Source: Carcharhinus amblyrhynchos (taxonomy: Eukaryota). Taken from it: 64,000 nt of DNA. The translations under genes were made by a program, and so were the position numbers. The stretch lies in the NCBI GenBank assembly GCA_965287045.1, contig OZ336885.1, forward strand, positions 19,778,001-19,842,000. The letters are read 5' to 3'. Below the pieces are notes generated by a model. The model was given only the letters and a program-made list of their open reading frames with translations. It had not been told where the DNA came from and ran no database searches. Within the stretch, counting starts at the first letter, position 1; every line of letters begins with the position of its first letter. Shown here piece after piece: positions 1-12,902 of the stretch.

Positions 1-494
1 AGCATTCATCCTTGCAGAAACCACCATTTAGCACCTTCCAGTCTGTAAAAGCACATTACCACTACTTAGTATTTCTGTCCTCCAGCTAATTATTTTTTAC
101 CCACTGACCATCCTATTCCATTTTGTTAGATAGCCTTTTCTGTGGTATCTTATCAACCATTTTTCAAAAAAAACATTTAAACAACATTCACCACATTCCC
201 TTCATCACCCACCTCCGAAACTTCATGATTTGCCTTTTACAAACCCGTGCTGGTTCTTCTTATTTAATTCAATGCTTTGCAAGTGTAGGTTCATTTATCT
301 TTCCCCAATCATTGTTTCCAAACGCTTACCCACCACTTTTAAACTGTAGTTACTAGGAATGGTCTCACACTCCCATTGCCAGCACAGCCAGTCTTTCCAG
401 CGCATCCTGCCTATCAAATTTTACCCCATCTATTTTCCCTAACATTTCTCCTTTTGCTGATATTTTGGCAGGATCCTCATCCTTAGTGAACATT

Positions 495-792
495 GATGGT
501 GACACAGTGGTTAGCATTGCTGCCTCGTGGCGCCAGGGAGCCGGGTTTGATTCCCAGCTTGGGTCACTGCCTGTGCGGAGACTGTACGTTTTCCCCATAT
601 CTGCATGGCTTTCCTCCTGATGCTCCAATTTCTTCCTACAGTCTGGAAGATGTGCTGGTTAGATGCAATGGCCATGCTAAATTCTCCCTCAGGGTACCCG
701 AACAAGTGCCAGAGTGTGGGGTCTAGGAGATTTTCGCATCAACTTCACTGTAGTGTTAACATAAGGCTACTTGTGACATACATAGATAAATA
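495..792 (+). mobile_element. HE1-like V-SINE, tail type B
   Basis: tRNA-like head (CAGTGGTTAGCA A box, GGTTTGATTCC B box), decayed V-domain, tail ...GTGTTAACATAAGGCTACTTGTGACA. Confidence 0.85.
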
Positions 793-1467
793 TTGTCCAT
801 AATAGGCTCAACCTGCCTCTTGTTACCTGCTTACTATTCACATGCCAGTAGAAGATTTCTGGGTTCCATTTTATGTTAACTGCCATTCTATGCACATTAT
901 TCTCTCTTTGTCAGTCTTCTTACCACTTCACTTGCCCTCACGGATTGAGGGCCTGCTTCTTTACGCTTTGTGTATTTTTGCCTCATGATGTTTCGATAGG
1001 GTGAGCATCAAGTCAAATAACTCCTGCAAGTCTCTTTCAGATTCTCCCTAGATCTGGTTTTATTCTGCAGATCAAATGCTCATTCCTCCATGTTCACTCA
1101 CTTGGTCAAAATAGCCAACAGTGTCTTACAAATCCCTTTCTTTTTCTCTTAGTGCCTTGAGAATTAAATGTATTTCATCTGGCATGCAGGATTTATTGGT
1201 TTGAAGCCCTTTGATATTTGATAGAACTTTTGCCGGCATCAAAGTCTGAAACCACATGCCACCTTTAATTGATGTTGCATGGTAAGCCATTAGGATTCCT
1301 GTTATTGACTCTTTCTTACTTATCCTTTAGCTTAGCTGTATTTGGTCCTTTGAACTGCTATCTTTCTCTTGATTAACATCCCGCTGTTATACTTTCGGGA
1401 GTGTTTCTGATGTCATAATTTACAGGCTGTGCAATGTCATTTTCTTCCTTTCTTTTGGTAGACATTA

Positions 1468-2199
1468 GGTAGGACTTTACTGCCTCCCTGCATAGCAGCT
1501 AGGAGGTGAGGGGGTGGGCATAGGATGGTAAGGTTGGCAAGCCAGCAAAATGCCAGGGGCACCATATCAGATGAGTCACAATGCAGTGCCTTGGCAGGGG
1601 TGGTCACCAGCAGCAGAAATGGCACAAACTCAGCTGCCCGCCAAATAGAAGTTGACAGCCAGATGAGATAGTTAGAGATCCAATTAATGGCCATTTTCAT
1701 AGACTGCCAGCATCTTTTTGGTGGCAAATGGCCCTCCATCTCATGGGAAGACAATCATCGGCAAGGAGGCGGCTTGTCCATGCTCCCTGGGAGGGGGGTG
1801 AGGGAGGGGTGCCTCACGGATTCAAGTCTTGATGGTACCCCTCCTGGGGGCTGCCCAGAGAAAAAGCCTTTGCCACGGCTTGGACACCTCTGTTGAAGGG
1901 ATTTACCATGTGATCACTGGGGCTTGCCAGCTTGGCCCCAACCAAAAAAAAAACACTCTGCCAACTCTGCAAGGGTGTTTCAAACTGGAGGCATTCTTGC
2001 ATTCATCTTGCTGCTTCAACAGTTGCCACCTCTCTTCTTGGTGCCACCAAGACTGCACAGCTTCTCCCTCCCCCACCTCAGGGTGGTAGTTTAAAAAGCT
2101 GGGCAAGCTTCCCTTAATTGGTTGCTACACCCCACCCCTCCTCACCCTGCTGCCCACCATCGACGGTCAGTCCTGGGTCTATCGTAGGGACATCCTGCC
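1468..2199. mobile_element. Non-autonomous PIF/Harbinger-type DNA transposon remnant
   Basis: GC-richer insert inside CR1 with degenerate termini GGTAGGACTTT ... CATCCTGCC resembling the other MITE ends in the window. Confidence 0.4.
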
Positions 2200-2559
2200 A
2201 CTGTCTGATCCTCCTGGCGACCTACACAATTCCCCAATGCCAGGTCTCGCTTTCAGGTTGATTCCACTCATCATCTTTCTGAACTACTTCTGTATAATCC
2301 TATATTTCCCCAAACTGCCACTCCCTCCTTTTCCCAAAAGGCTTGGTAACTATTTTACTCCCAGTGTTCTTACAAATTTCTTTGCAGAGAAAGATCAACA
2401 TGTTTTGGTGATAATTGTACTGCATCTACTGGTCTTATCTGAAAATTCTGGACAGGTAAAGACCTATTGATCCACTGAGACTGGCGAAATTATCATGATA
2501 TAACATTGATAGAACCCTTTATACATTGCTTCCTGCTTGGCTGAACTTAATCTGTCTCT

Positions 2560-2670
2560 TAAAGTTTAAAAGTTAATTTATTCTTATCACAAGTAGGCTT
2601 ACATTAACACTGCAATGAAGTCACTGTGAAATCCCCTACTTGCCACACTCCAATGCTTGTATGGGTATCC
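2560..2670 (-). mobile_element. Isolated V-SINE tail B fragment (5'-truncated)
   Basis: TCACAAGTAGGCTTACATTAACACTGCAATGAAG matches the reverse complement of tail B in full copies. Confidence 0.75.
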
Positions 2671-3660
2671 CACATAAACCATTGAGGGCTTCATTAAGAT
2701 GTGCAAATTGGGATTCAATAATGCAGTTAGGACTCCAATGGCAGTTTTGTCTCTACCCAGAACGTCACACGTTACTCAACCTGCCCCCAGGTCATAACTA
2801 ATAAAAGGAAAGACACTGAACATTGCCTGCTCTCCTGTAAGAACAATCATGTTCCACATCTCCGCTTAGAGCTTTTATCCTTGACTAAACTGTCTGAATC
2901 TGAAGACCCAAATTGGTATTATTGTTAATTAACGTTGTAACCGCAACAGCACAGCACAATCTGTACACACGAAACTTTGAAAAGGCTTTTACTATTTATG
3001 GTTTATGAAAGTGCTTGCACCCTAATTAACCCTGGCGTGGGCTCTTGGAGCCAGTGTTAAGTGCACTCATACCTACTCATTTATTGGTTCAGCAAGGGAA
3101 GTGGAAGCAGACTGCAGGTTAGTCATGGACTCTTAGTGCTTAATTGTTGATCTTCAGCCAGCTACATTTGGGTAGAAGAGGATGGTGGCTAAGCAGATGC
3201 TTGGTCTAAAACAGAGAGAAAAAAAAACACTCCCATTAAGTCAGACTTTAATTGGGACTAAATATGAACAGTGATCAACATTGGAAGTTGTCATTGAAAA
3301 CGTAAGTCAGTATTTTTCCACTGTTCTATGTACATTAATGTTGGTGGGAAGCATTTGCATTGGCAAATAACTAAGTGGAGGTAAATGCATTGTATTAAGA
3401 TTTAACAAAAAGCTTTTACTGCTAATGATAAGTTCACATCATAATGCACTTTATTGTGTGGAAGTGCTTTTTATAGATACAATTTATGTTTTTTATTTTT
3501 CTGGCTGGATTTTTATTAAAAAAAAACGCACCAGAGACAATGAAGGAACTGCCCAGATTGCTACGTTACACACAATTTTGAATTCCACCAAGTCTGATGA
3601 AAATAAAAACACCTACCCTCCGGGGAGTGGAAAAGACCCCATCCCTTGTGGACTTCACAC

Positions 3661-4282
3661 CATAGAACATAGAACATAGAAAAACTACAGCACAAACAGG
3701 CCCTTCGGCCCACAAGTTGCGCCAATGATATTCATACCTACTAGGCTTGCCTATAACCCTCAATCCTATTAAGTCCCATGTACTCATCCAGAAGTCTCTT
3801 GAAAGACCCTGTCGAATTTGCCTCCATTACCACCAATGGCAGCTGATTCCACTCACCCACCACCCTCTCAGTGAAAAACGTACCCCTGATATCTCCTATA
3901 TACCTACTCCCCAGCACCTTAAACCTGTGTTCTCTCATAGTAACCATTCCAGCCCTTGGAAAAAGCCTCTGAGAATCCACCCGATCAATACCTCTCACCA
4001 TCTTATACACTTCTATCAGGTCACCTCTCATCCTTTGTCTCTCTAAGGAGAAAAGACTGAGCTCCCTCAACCTATCCTCATAAGGCATGTCACCCAATCC
4101 AGGCAATGTCCTTGTAAATCTCCTCTGTGCCCTTTCAATAGCTTCCACATCCTTCCTGTAATGAGGTGACCGGAACTGAGTACAGTATTCCAAGAGAGGC
4201 CTCGGTAGGGTCTTATAAAGCTGCAACATTATCTCCCGACTCCTAAACTCAATCCCTCGATTGATGAAGGCCAGTACACCAT
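3661..4282 (-). mobile_element. CR1 (HER1-like) LINE 3' fragment, ORF2 C-terminus with (TTCTATG)n tail
   Basis: ORF 3741-4229 LYKTLPRPLLEYC..ERAQRRFTR..RGDLIEVYK..FFTERVVGEWN; CATAGAA repeats at 3661; related to 36247-37342. Confidence 0.95.
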
Positions 4283-4469
4283 CCTGAGACTTTTGAAATG
4301 TTTCTGACGTGAGAGATCAAAATGTGTTTTCTGTTCTGTAACAATGCTGTAGCAGACCTAAATTAATAGAATTTATCTGGAATATACAGCCAGCAAGGTA
4401 TTTTTAAGGACTCCTTGCCAAATAGCAAACAGAAAATAAAAGACCATTCTGTACTGAACACAGGCTGTT

Positions 4470-4785
4470 GACTCTTGTATTCTTGCTCTCCCTCGCTCTC
4501 TCTTTCACTCTCTCTCATTCCCTCTCTCTCACTCTCACTCCCTCTCTCTTTTTCTCTCCTATTCCCTTTCTCTCACTCCCTCTCACTCCCTCTCTCTTGC
4601 TCTTTCTAACTCCGTCTCTCTCACTCTCTCTCTCTCTCTTACTCCCTTTCTCTCATTCTCACTCCCTCTCACTCCCTCTCTCTTGCTCTTTCTTACTCTC
4701 TCTCACACCCTCTCTCTCTTTTGCTCACTCTCTCTCTAGATCTCTCACTTTTGCTTTTGTTCTCGTTCTTGCTGTCTCTCTCAAA
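4470..4785. repeat. Degenerate (CT)n / CTCACTCC polypyrimidine microsatellite
   Basis: About 300 bp of nearly pure C/T. Confidence 0.95.
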
Positions 4786-5210
4786 AGAGCCGCCAGGTGT
4801 GCAAAGTAACCACCCTGAGAAGAAACGTCTCTTCTGAATCAAGACCTTCTGGGAAAAAATTACAAAGAAATCTATTCCTATGCCACAACCTAGAAAATAA
4901 CTGCCACAATGTGGAATTAGTGCGTTGAAACCAGTCAGGGAACCATATATAACTTTCTTTAATTTTTCAAGGACGTTAAAAGTCCTGTAAGCCTTTCCTT
5001 TTATTCTGCTACTTGTAGTATGTGTGATTAATGTGTAGGATGTCTGGATAGTGGTTGTAATTTACTTTGTTCTTTGTTAGTTCTAAAAAATAGTTCCAAT
5101 CAACTTATCTTGATCTTTGTTTAATCAAAGAAAACCTATCCAACTAATTCTTTGCAACCTACAAGTATACTGGCAAAGTACCTGCTACTTGAGTTCACAA
5201 GAAGATTAAA

Positions 5211-5540
5211 AATCATAGAAACCCTACAGTACAGAAAGAGGCCATTTGGCCCATTGAGTCTGCACCGACCACAATCCCACCCAGGCCCTACCCCCATATC
5301 CGTACATAGTTTACCCACTAATCGTCTAACCTATGCATCTATGGTCAATTTAGCATGGCCAATCAACCTAACCTGCACATCTTTGGACTGTGGGAGGAAA
5401 CCAGAGCACCCGGAGAAAACTCACGCAGACACGAGGAGAATGTGCAAACTCCTCTCAGGCAGTGACCCAAACCGGGAATCGAACCCAGGTCTCTGGAGCT
5501 GTGAAGCAGCAGTGCTAAGCACTGTGCTACCGTGCCACCC
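5211..5540 (-). mobile_element. HE1 V-SINE, tail type A (CR1-like tail)
   Basis: Head GGGTGGCACGGTAGCACAGTG, V-domain, tail ...GGGCCAAATGGCCTCTTTCTGTACTGTAGGGTTTCTATGATT. Confidence 0.9.
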
Positions 5541-6469
5541 CTTTAGATTAGGGGAGCCATTTCACTCCCCCAGCTCCCCCAACCCCACAAAGCGGTTGTA
5601 ATAAAATGAAAAAATTGAATAAACAAACAATGCCATAAAAAAGGTGAGCTGCTGCCTTCGGCTGTTATTTAATCAGACCTGGAGTACCTCTAAAGCAGAA
5701 GTTGCAATGTGCCTAAGTGAACTGGTGAAAATGTAAGATGGTCTCCCCTGTTTTATTATACATTATTGGATTCAGGCTTTGATTCCGAGCAAATCTTCAC
5801 GATCCTAATATAAACATCCTTCCTTTTGTAACTCAGTGAAGAAAAGCTACAATTTAAAAAAAAGCATGAAATGAGATCAGACCATTCGATCCATACTCTT
5901 TCCACAATTCGTGTAAAAGCTTCCCTGTCCAAGATCTTCCTCCATTCATCATCTGAGGTGGAAACAGCTGATTAAGCAAACTGACTCTATAGTCAATCTG
6001 CTCGCCGCACTGTTCAGCCAACCTTTTGCACCGTTGCGTGATGTTATCTATCTTTTCAGTATCTGAGGATTCTGTGGGCTTCCAAGGCCAACATGCAATT
6101 TTCCTGTGGCTGAGCGAACAACTGCAGCAGCGCACCGTACTGTAGAAGATCATTTAAATGATGGGTTACTTGAAAGCTTGGCAGCCGATACATTTCAGAA
6201 TTCCTAATGGGACGTCACAGATATTAAGAGCACAAATCATGTCATGTTGCAACAGATTCTTGTCTTTTTTGACAGTTCTTTTTCTGTGACACATTCCAGC
6301 AATGACCAAATTGATGGTGACATTGAAATTGCTGATTATACCTTGGATATGAGAGGTCTAGACGCCATTAAGGGAGATGTTCTAAGAAACTTGGAAGTGC
6401 CATTCTCCATGCACCGGTACCGTCAATAATTCCATCATGAATCTTTGCCTCAATTTATGTCAGTAGTGT

Positions 6470-7300
6470 TGTGAAATATATTGCCTGGGTTAGTGCAGCT
6501 TCAACAACACTGCAGAAGCTCGGCACATCCAGGGCAAGGCACCCACTTGATTGGCACCCCAGCCACCACCTTCAACATGCACTCCCTCAGCCACCGATGT
6601 ACAGTGGCAGCAATGTCTACCATCTACATGACGCACTGCTGTTACTCACCAAAACTCCTTGGACAGCATCTTCCAAACCCATACCCTCTATCATAGAATC
6701 CTAAGTGCAGAAGGAGGCCATTCGGCCCATCGAGTCTGCACCTGCCGCAATCCCACCCAGGCCCTATCATAATAATCTATGCATTTACCCTAGCTAGTCC
6801 CCCTGACACTAAGGGGCAATCTTAGCATGGCCAATCCACCTAACCCGCATATCTTTGGACTGTGGGAGGAAACTGGAGCACCCAGAGGAAACCCACGCAT
6901 ACACGGGGAGAATGTGCAAACTCCACACAGACAGTGACCCAAGCTGGGAATCAAACCCGGGTCTCTGGCACTGTGATGCAGCAGTGCTAACTACTGTGCC
7001 ACTGTACCGCCTATCACATAGAAAGACAAGGGCAGCAGATACTTTGGGAACACCAGCACCACCCACAAGTTTACTTCCAAGTCACACACCATCCCAATAC
7101 GGAACTGGATCGCCATTCCTTCACTGTTGCCTGGATCAAATTCTGGAACTCTCTCCCTAACAGCACTGTAGATATACCTACACCACATAAAGTGCAGTGG
7201 CTCAAGAAGACAGCTCCCCAACATCCTCTCAAAGGCAGTTAGGGATGGAAAATAAATGCTGGCCTAGCCAACAATGCCTACATCCCATGAAATTCTGAAA
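6470..7300 (+). mobile_element. CR1/L2-group LINE (here called LINE-X) 3' fragment, split by a V-SINE
   Basis: Peptide remnants AWVSAASTTLQKL, LIGTPATTFNMHSLSHRCTVAA..IY, SKFWNSLPNS; 3' end GGGATGGAAATAAATGCTGGCCTAGCC. Confidence 0.75.
6692..7010 (-). mobile_element. HE1 V-SINE, tail A, nested in LINE-X
   Basis: Full head, V-domain and tail; CTATCA on both flanks (possible TSD). Confidence 0.9.
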
Positions 7301-7420
7301 TAAAATCATTTTTTTTCATAGAACCAACATAGTAAACGATTGTACTCAAATGTAACAATCGTTGAAAATTAAAAGACCTTTTTTGTACACATCTCATTTT
7401 CCTCTTCTAATGGAACTATT

Positions 7421-7564
7421 GGGCAGGATTTTCCGATCCCGTCCAATGGGGGGGTGGGAGCCATTGCGTGCAAGAGTGGAAAATTTGGCGTTCTGGCCAA
7501 AACTCCATTCACTCACAGCGGCACTGGAAAACCTAAGTTCGAATGAGGACAGGGGATTTTGGTC
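7421..7564. mobile_element. Harbinger-type MITE
   Basis: Starts GGGCAGGATTTTCC; 3-bp direct repeat ATT at 7418-7420 and 7565-7567. Confidence 0.55.
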
Positions 7565-8275
7565 ATTATCTTGGATGCCTGTTCTGACAGGACTAGATGT
7601 AGGTTTGTCTTAGTTGATCCATATAACTGTGTAGGTGATTGGTGATTTAATCATGATAAGGATTGTTTCAAAGTCATTTGATGTGTGTAGCTCTAACAAT
7701 TAATGTGTAATGTGAATATCAAGCTCTAAACCACACTGATTTAGGTAAAAATCAATGGCAAGGATTTCATGCTCAATTTTCAGTGAACCAGAGTTAGAAA
7801 ATCCAAATAGGTAATCATCATGATGTGATTTGCTTTTCAGCTTTCGGGAGCTGGCAAGCTGAGAAACTCGCTTTCATAATCCTTGCACTACCAGCAGGTT
7901 ATTGAAGATGATTGTTTCCCAGGGCTGTCTTTATAAAGTTTTTGCTCACATACTGTGACCCTGAAATAGGCATTAATATTCCAGTGAAAAAGCTGTTCAA
8001 ACATCAAGAGTCCCATCAGTAACCTCAGAAAAAATTAACTGCTGCTCACTGTATCTTTTCTTTTCATTCGCTATTCTTTATTGCTGTCGTTTTTGATGAG
8101 TAAAGGCTTAATTTAAATGTATTTCCTCTGACTTTCAGCTACCAGCATCTATGTTAGAGTTCAGAACCATCAAAATAAGTCGTCCTAACAGTGGACAAAA
8201 TTAACCACAGACCAATTTTTGATCAGTTGATGAGTGGTACTTTAGGGTTATCGTGATTGTGTCCATGGTGTAACC

Positions 8276-8622
8276 GAATCACAGAATTGCTACAGTGCAG
8301 GAGCAGGCTACTTGGCCCATTGACTTTGCACCGGCTCTCTGGCAGAGCATTTTACCCAGGCCCTATCCCCGTGACCTCATGTGTAGACCCCGCTAATTAT
8401 CCTAACCCAACATCTTTGGACACTAAGTGGCAATTTAGCATGGCCAGTCCACCTAACCCACACATCTTTGGACTGTGGGAAGAAATCAAAACACCTGGAA
8501 GTAACCCATGCAGACACAGGGAAGACATGCAAGCTCCACGCAGACAGTCACCCAAGGAAGGAATTGAACTTGGGTCACTGGCACTGTGAGGCAGCAGTGC
8601 TAACCACTGTGCTATCATGTCA
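8276..8622 (-). mobile_element. HE1 V-SINE, tail A (older copy)
   Basis: A/B boxes, V-domain, CR1-like tail. Confidence 0.85.
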
Positions 8623-9584
8623 CTGTGATTATTTTAAAAGTCCAAAAGGCTGGATGGAGGAAAAAATGCCTAACAGAATTTTAAAAGTCACTTTCTCACC
8701 AGTTGCCAGAAGGCTTATAAATGACCATTTATAATAATATTCAAAATCCCTGTTAATTTACAGCACTTAAAGGAAACAGTGAGTGATGCACTTGAGCCAT
8801 TACGTTGACATAGTTATATGTATATTTTAAATCTGCAAACTCCTTTACAATGAAGCATTTTTCTGTTGAAGATGTTTAAACAGTTGAAACTGATGTTACA
8901 TGGTAAATTATTTAATAATCTTTCATATGAAAACCGGGTGTTGGGTAGTAAAATATTCATCTTTCTTAGCTTTCTGGATTTGGTTGATGTGAATTTTTCA
9001 ATAATAACACTGATTTAGTGTTGAGGGATACTGTACTGTTGGAAATGTAATAAGAAATTCTACCCTCTCGTTCAGCCTCCAAAATTACAAGTGGCGGGTA
9101 TCACTTTAATTGTTTCTAAAAGGTCACCTCAATCTGTTTCGGAAAGACTTGATAACGCTCCTATACAAATTGCAAGTTCTTTAAATTTCTCTAATATGTC
9201 ATTTGCCTTTTGCTGGCGGTGACAAATGAGACTGTGTTACTCATTTTGGAGGTGCTCATGTCCATCTGTAAAGCTGGCTTTCTATGGTGCCCACAGAGGG
9301 AATGTAGCTGGAGCCCAAATGCATTTTTGTGAATGCACAGCTGTCTATGGCCATAGAGTCTGCTTTGCAATGCAAATGGAATGGATTTCAGAGCAATTGG
9401 AGCTTCAGAACCTTTTATTTACTTGAAGCAATTCTATACCAAAGCACAACGTGAGTCAATATTTTGCCTTAGTCTTCATGTTGCCCTTTAAAGAAAAAGG
9501 AAAAGGTTTATATTTTAAAACAAAGAGCATTTTTCAGTGAATAAATTACAGTTTCAATAAAAAAGCTCCATATTGCAGTGCAAA

Positions 9585-9827
9585 TGATCTGATTTATTAT
9601 TGTCACATGTACTGGGATACAGTGAAAAGTATTGTTCCTTGTGCCCTATGCATTCAAAACATATCATTCATAGAGTACATGGGGAGAACAAAAAGAGGGT
9701 GCAGAATATAATGTTCCAGTTACTTGGACTTGATTTATTCCTGTCACATGTGTTGGGATACAGTGAAAAGTATTGTTTCTTGCACACTATATGTTCAAAA
9801 CATATCGTTCATAGAGTACATGGGGAG
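9585..9827 (-). mobile_element. Two tandem Rex1/Babar 3'-UTR stubs
   Basis: GATTTATT..TGTCACATGT..GGGATACAGTGAAAAGTATTG occurs at about 9590 and 9732; same end as 23352 and 50677. Confidence 0.75.
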
Positions 9828-9829
9828 TT

Positions 9830-11076
9830 CCGTATTCCCATCTACCTCTGAACTTGCAGGGCCCAGATTATTGTGCCTGATTTGTATTGATGCCCATGTG
9901 ACCATCCAGGCACCCACCTGGGAAATTTATAAATCAGAAGGCATTCCATCCTGAGGTGCTGGCAGGGCTGCTCTGCTGAATGGCCATGCATCTGTCAAAG
10001 AACGTGATGGCCAGCCGAGGTGTGCAAAGACCCAAAGCAGTTCTGCCTGCAGCTGGACGCCTTGTAATTCTGCAGGGAAAGCCATGGTTACTGGACTCCA
10101 TGCCCAGGAAGCTGGGGGAAGGTAAGAAAACTGCTTGGGACCCTCACCTTCCCCTTTGACCTCTACAGTCCTGAATAGATTGCGGACTCCTGGAGGAGAT
10201 CTGCCGCTGGGATGTAGCTGCTGTCTGCTCCAGCCACTGTGGTGGCACCAGCATGTGCCCTTTTTGGAGTGCTCAGTTCCTGAGTGCATGCCATGGAGAT
10301 CAGAGCTTTCTGGTTTAGAGTAGCTTGTGTGACTTGTGCCCTGTGCAGGATCTTGTGCTCGTCATGCATGCCCTCCAGGAGTTGTTATATGTGGTATTCC
10401 ATGAGGTTGGTCATTTTCTCTTGAAAGAGGTCATGCTTGAGGCCCCTGAGCCACTGAGTCCTCCACTTGGTTGCATGAGGTTGTATGATCCCTGGGAACT
10501 CCACCAGATATCCGTATATCTGCTGTAGCTGTTCCAAGCTCCAGGCCCCAACACACTGACTTCTCCAGCCTTTCCACAACTACATTACACGGCATCATTG
10601 TTGATGATACTCCCTTCTCCAAGAGGAGATGTCCACAAGTGCCTCTGACTCTGACACTTGCTGCAATCTAGCACTGTGCATTTCACCCAGTGACCATGAT
10701 TCCAGTTGTATGCGAGAACCCACTGAGTATCAGTCATGGGGGAGGATATGGGTTCATCTGAAGTGGCCCTGCACCCTTGGACACTTCTTCCTGTCCCAGT
10801 GCCTGAAGGATGACCAGCTTGTGATTGCACATTGCTGGGACCCGTGTGACTTGTCCATGACCAGAACGGGGGGCCACAACAGAATTAGCCCACTTCCACA
10901 TCCTAGCCCGTATTGACTCTGTGGGGCTTTCCAAGTTGACGGGCCTGTCTCCTCATGAACCTACTTTCCCTCGCATGAAAATAAGATGAATGGGCACTGC
11001 CACAGGAGAGTCGGGATTGTGACATTGGGAAAGTTCCTCACTCCCGATAGCCCATATCAAAGATGAAAATCCAACA
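9830..11076 (-). mobile_element. Decayed coding-like DNA transposon region, probably the C-terminal part of a Harbinger Myb-like ORF plus a terminus
   Basis: GC-richer block; minus-strand remnants DT..SVGSRIQLESWSLGE and LEQLQQIYGYLVEFPG resemble my recollection of shark Harbinger ORF1; ends near GATGAAAATCCAAC. Confidence 0.3.
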
Positions 11077-11349
11077 CGTACTCAACATTTCAGGCTTGTA
11101 TCATTTCTCTAAAGTGAAAAGTAAGGAAGAAACTTCATTAACAGGGTTAGAAAAAAAAAAGAGGGGCAATTGTAAAGCAGAAAATCCCCAAGAAGATATT
11201 ACTATCATGATGGTGTCACAATTCGCTGCAGTTAGGTTTAAGAAATAAGTGTGTAAAATAGTTCAAAATCACTCAAGAAACTAAGAGCATTTGAAAGGCT
11301 CAAGGAAGGCCTAGGGAAAATGGAAGAGTTGGAAAACAACACATACTGC

Positions 11350-11968
11350 TCTGACTTTTGTTAATTAGGCAAGTGTGGCAGCTGTTTTGCCCACAGCAAA
11401 ATTCCATAACCAACAAGGAGAAGAATGACCAATTAATCGATCAATTGAGGAAGAAGTGTCAGCCTGGATTGCACCATTGGATCTTTAACCCATCTGTATC
11501 CACACAACAGGAAGGTAGGGGTCGGAGGGAAGATGACAGCCAAATGGAATCATCACTAGATGATCAATCCAGCAACTCAGCGAGTGTTCCAGGGACCAGG
11601 TTCAAATCCCACCACGGCAGATGGTGGAATTTGAATTCAATTAAATAGAAAATATGTAGAATTAAGAATCCACTTATGACCATGAATCAATTGTCAGAAA
11701 AGCCCATCTGGTTCACTAATGTCCTTTAGGGAATGAAATCTGTTGCCTTTACCTGGTTTGGCATACATGTGACTCCAGAGCCGCTGCAATGTGGTTGACT
11801 CTCAGCTGCCCTCGGGCAACTGGGGGTGGGCAATAAACATTGTCCAAGCCACTGGTTGGCAATGGCAGCACTCCCCCTGTGCTGAACTGGGATGTTTAAT
11901 CCAGATCATACTTAGCAAACCAACAACATTCCAATTCCAACATGAGAAGCTGCCAGCTGATCGCCACA
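11350..11968 (-). mobile_element. DeuSINE (SacSINE1/AmnSINE1-like) remnant, split by a second SINE
   Basis: CACAGCAAAATTCCATAACCAACAA, GGATCTTTAAC and GCAGCACTCCCCCTGTGCTGAACTGG match the reverse of the Deu domain and head. Confidence 0.5.
11525..11850 (+). mobile_element. tRNA-derived SINE family 2 (LINE-X tail)
   Basis: GGTTCAAATCCCACCACGGCAGATGGTGGAATTTGAATTC core; tail GGGCAATAAA shared with LINE-X. Confidence 0.8.
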
Positions 11969-12902
11969 CAGAAATAGTTTGAAAAATGATTCTACCAAAA
12001 GTTATTAAAAAAAAACATTTTTATGAAGCACAATGACTCTTTCCAACCTGCAATATTATTTGGCCAAAGGAAATGTTGGACAAATTGGAAATGTCCCTCC
12101 AGCCTACACCAGCGATAATGTTCTGGAGAGCCAGCTATGAATTAAGTAACCTGCTGAAATTCTAAGTGGTCAGTGAAATAACTAATTTTCTGCCCAAAAT
12201 GATATGGTAATGTAGTTCAGGAGCAGACACAGTGCTGTATCAAAAGCAATTGTTCTTATGTGGTGAAGCGTGAATTTCCATATGTTCATTTTAATGTAGC
12301 ACCTGCTTATATTAATGGGATTTTTCACCTTTATTCCCAGTACACCCATATACCAACTTGCATCGTAAGATTTTTAGTATTGCCATATGTCCATTCACAC
12401 GAGTTTGACTTATTTCCCCCATAAAACCAACTCTTTGGTGATGTGAAAGAAAAGTTGTAAGTGGACTCAGCCAAGCAAACACAGGAATCCGAGTTAATTA
12501 AGGTCATCAGTGTGCACTGATAAATGGAAGAACAGTTTGGGTGCTAAATGGGGTTCATGATGTGCAGCTAAGCTATTCCCCCAGCATCTTGTTACCTGCT
12601 CATTACCATGATCACAGAATGCACCCAGCGCTAACTGCACTGATGCGTGGCTGCTATGCCCTACCAAAATGATCAGATGCCAATTGCCTGCATGCATTTC
12701 TTAAAGCCAGATCACGGGTGAGATCTTACCAGCCATTCATGCCACGCTGCCACTGCAGTGAGATAGGAGGATTTGGTGCCCAGCCAAAAATCCGTTCATT
12801 GCAGTGGGGTGAGACAATCTCGGCAGTGTGGTAACATTCGGCCTGCGTCCCTTAAAGACTGGAGCAGATGTGAGTTACTCTCCCAGAGAGGAAGAATGTA
12901 TA

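Larger units (their letters stand above)
1..2530 (-). mobile_element. Old, highly decayed CR1 LINE (RT N-terminal to endonuclease region), interrupted by a V-SINE (495-792) and a MITE-like insert (1468-2199)
   Basis: Minus strand shows remnants of QHGFVKGKS (about 225-255), DFQKAFDKVPH-like (140-175) and PTR..LDL.LG-like (2230-2270) motifs; no open frame. Confidence 0.55.
4348..5602 (+). mobile_element. Possible decayed solo LTR containing a CT microsatellite and a V-SINE
   Basis: Begins TGTAGC and ends CGGTTGTAATA, resembling TG...TAACA LTR ends; no TSD confirmed. Confidence 0.25.

Noticed and set aside
4468-4809. Leu/Ser-rich membrane-like ORF
   Set aside because: It is a translation of a CT microsatellite
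5136-5601. Recurrent ORFs with DCGRKPEHPEETHA or GGTVAQWLALLPHS motifs as a gene family
   Set aside because: They are reading frames across HE1 V-SINE copies
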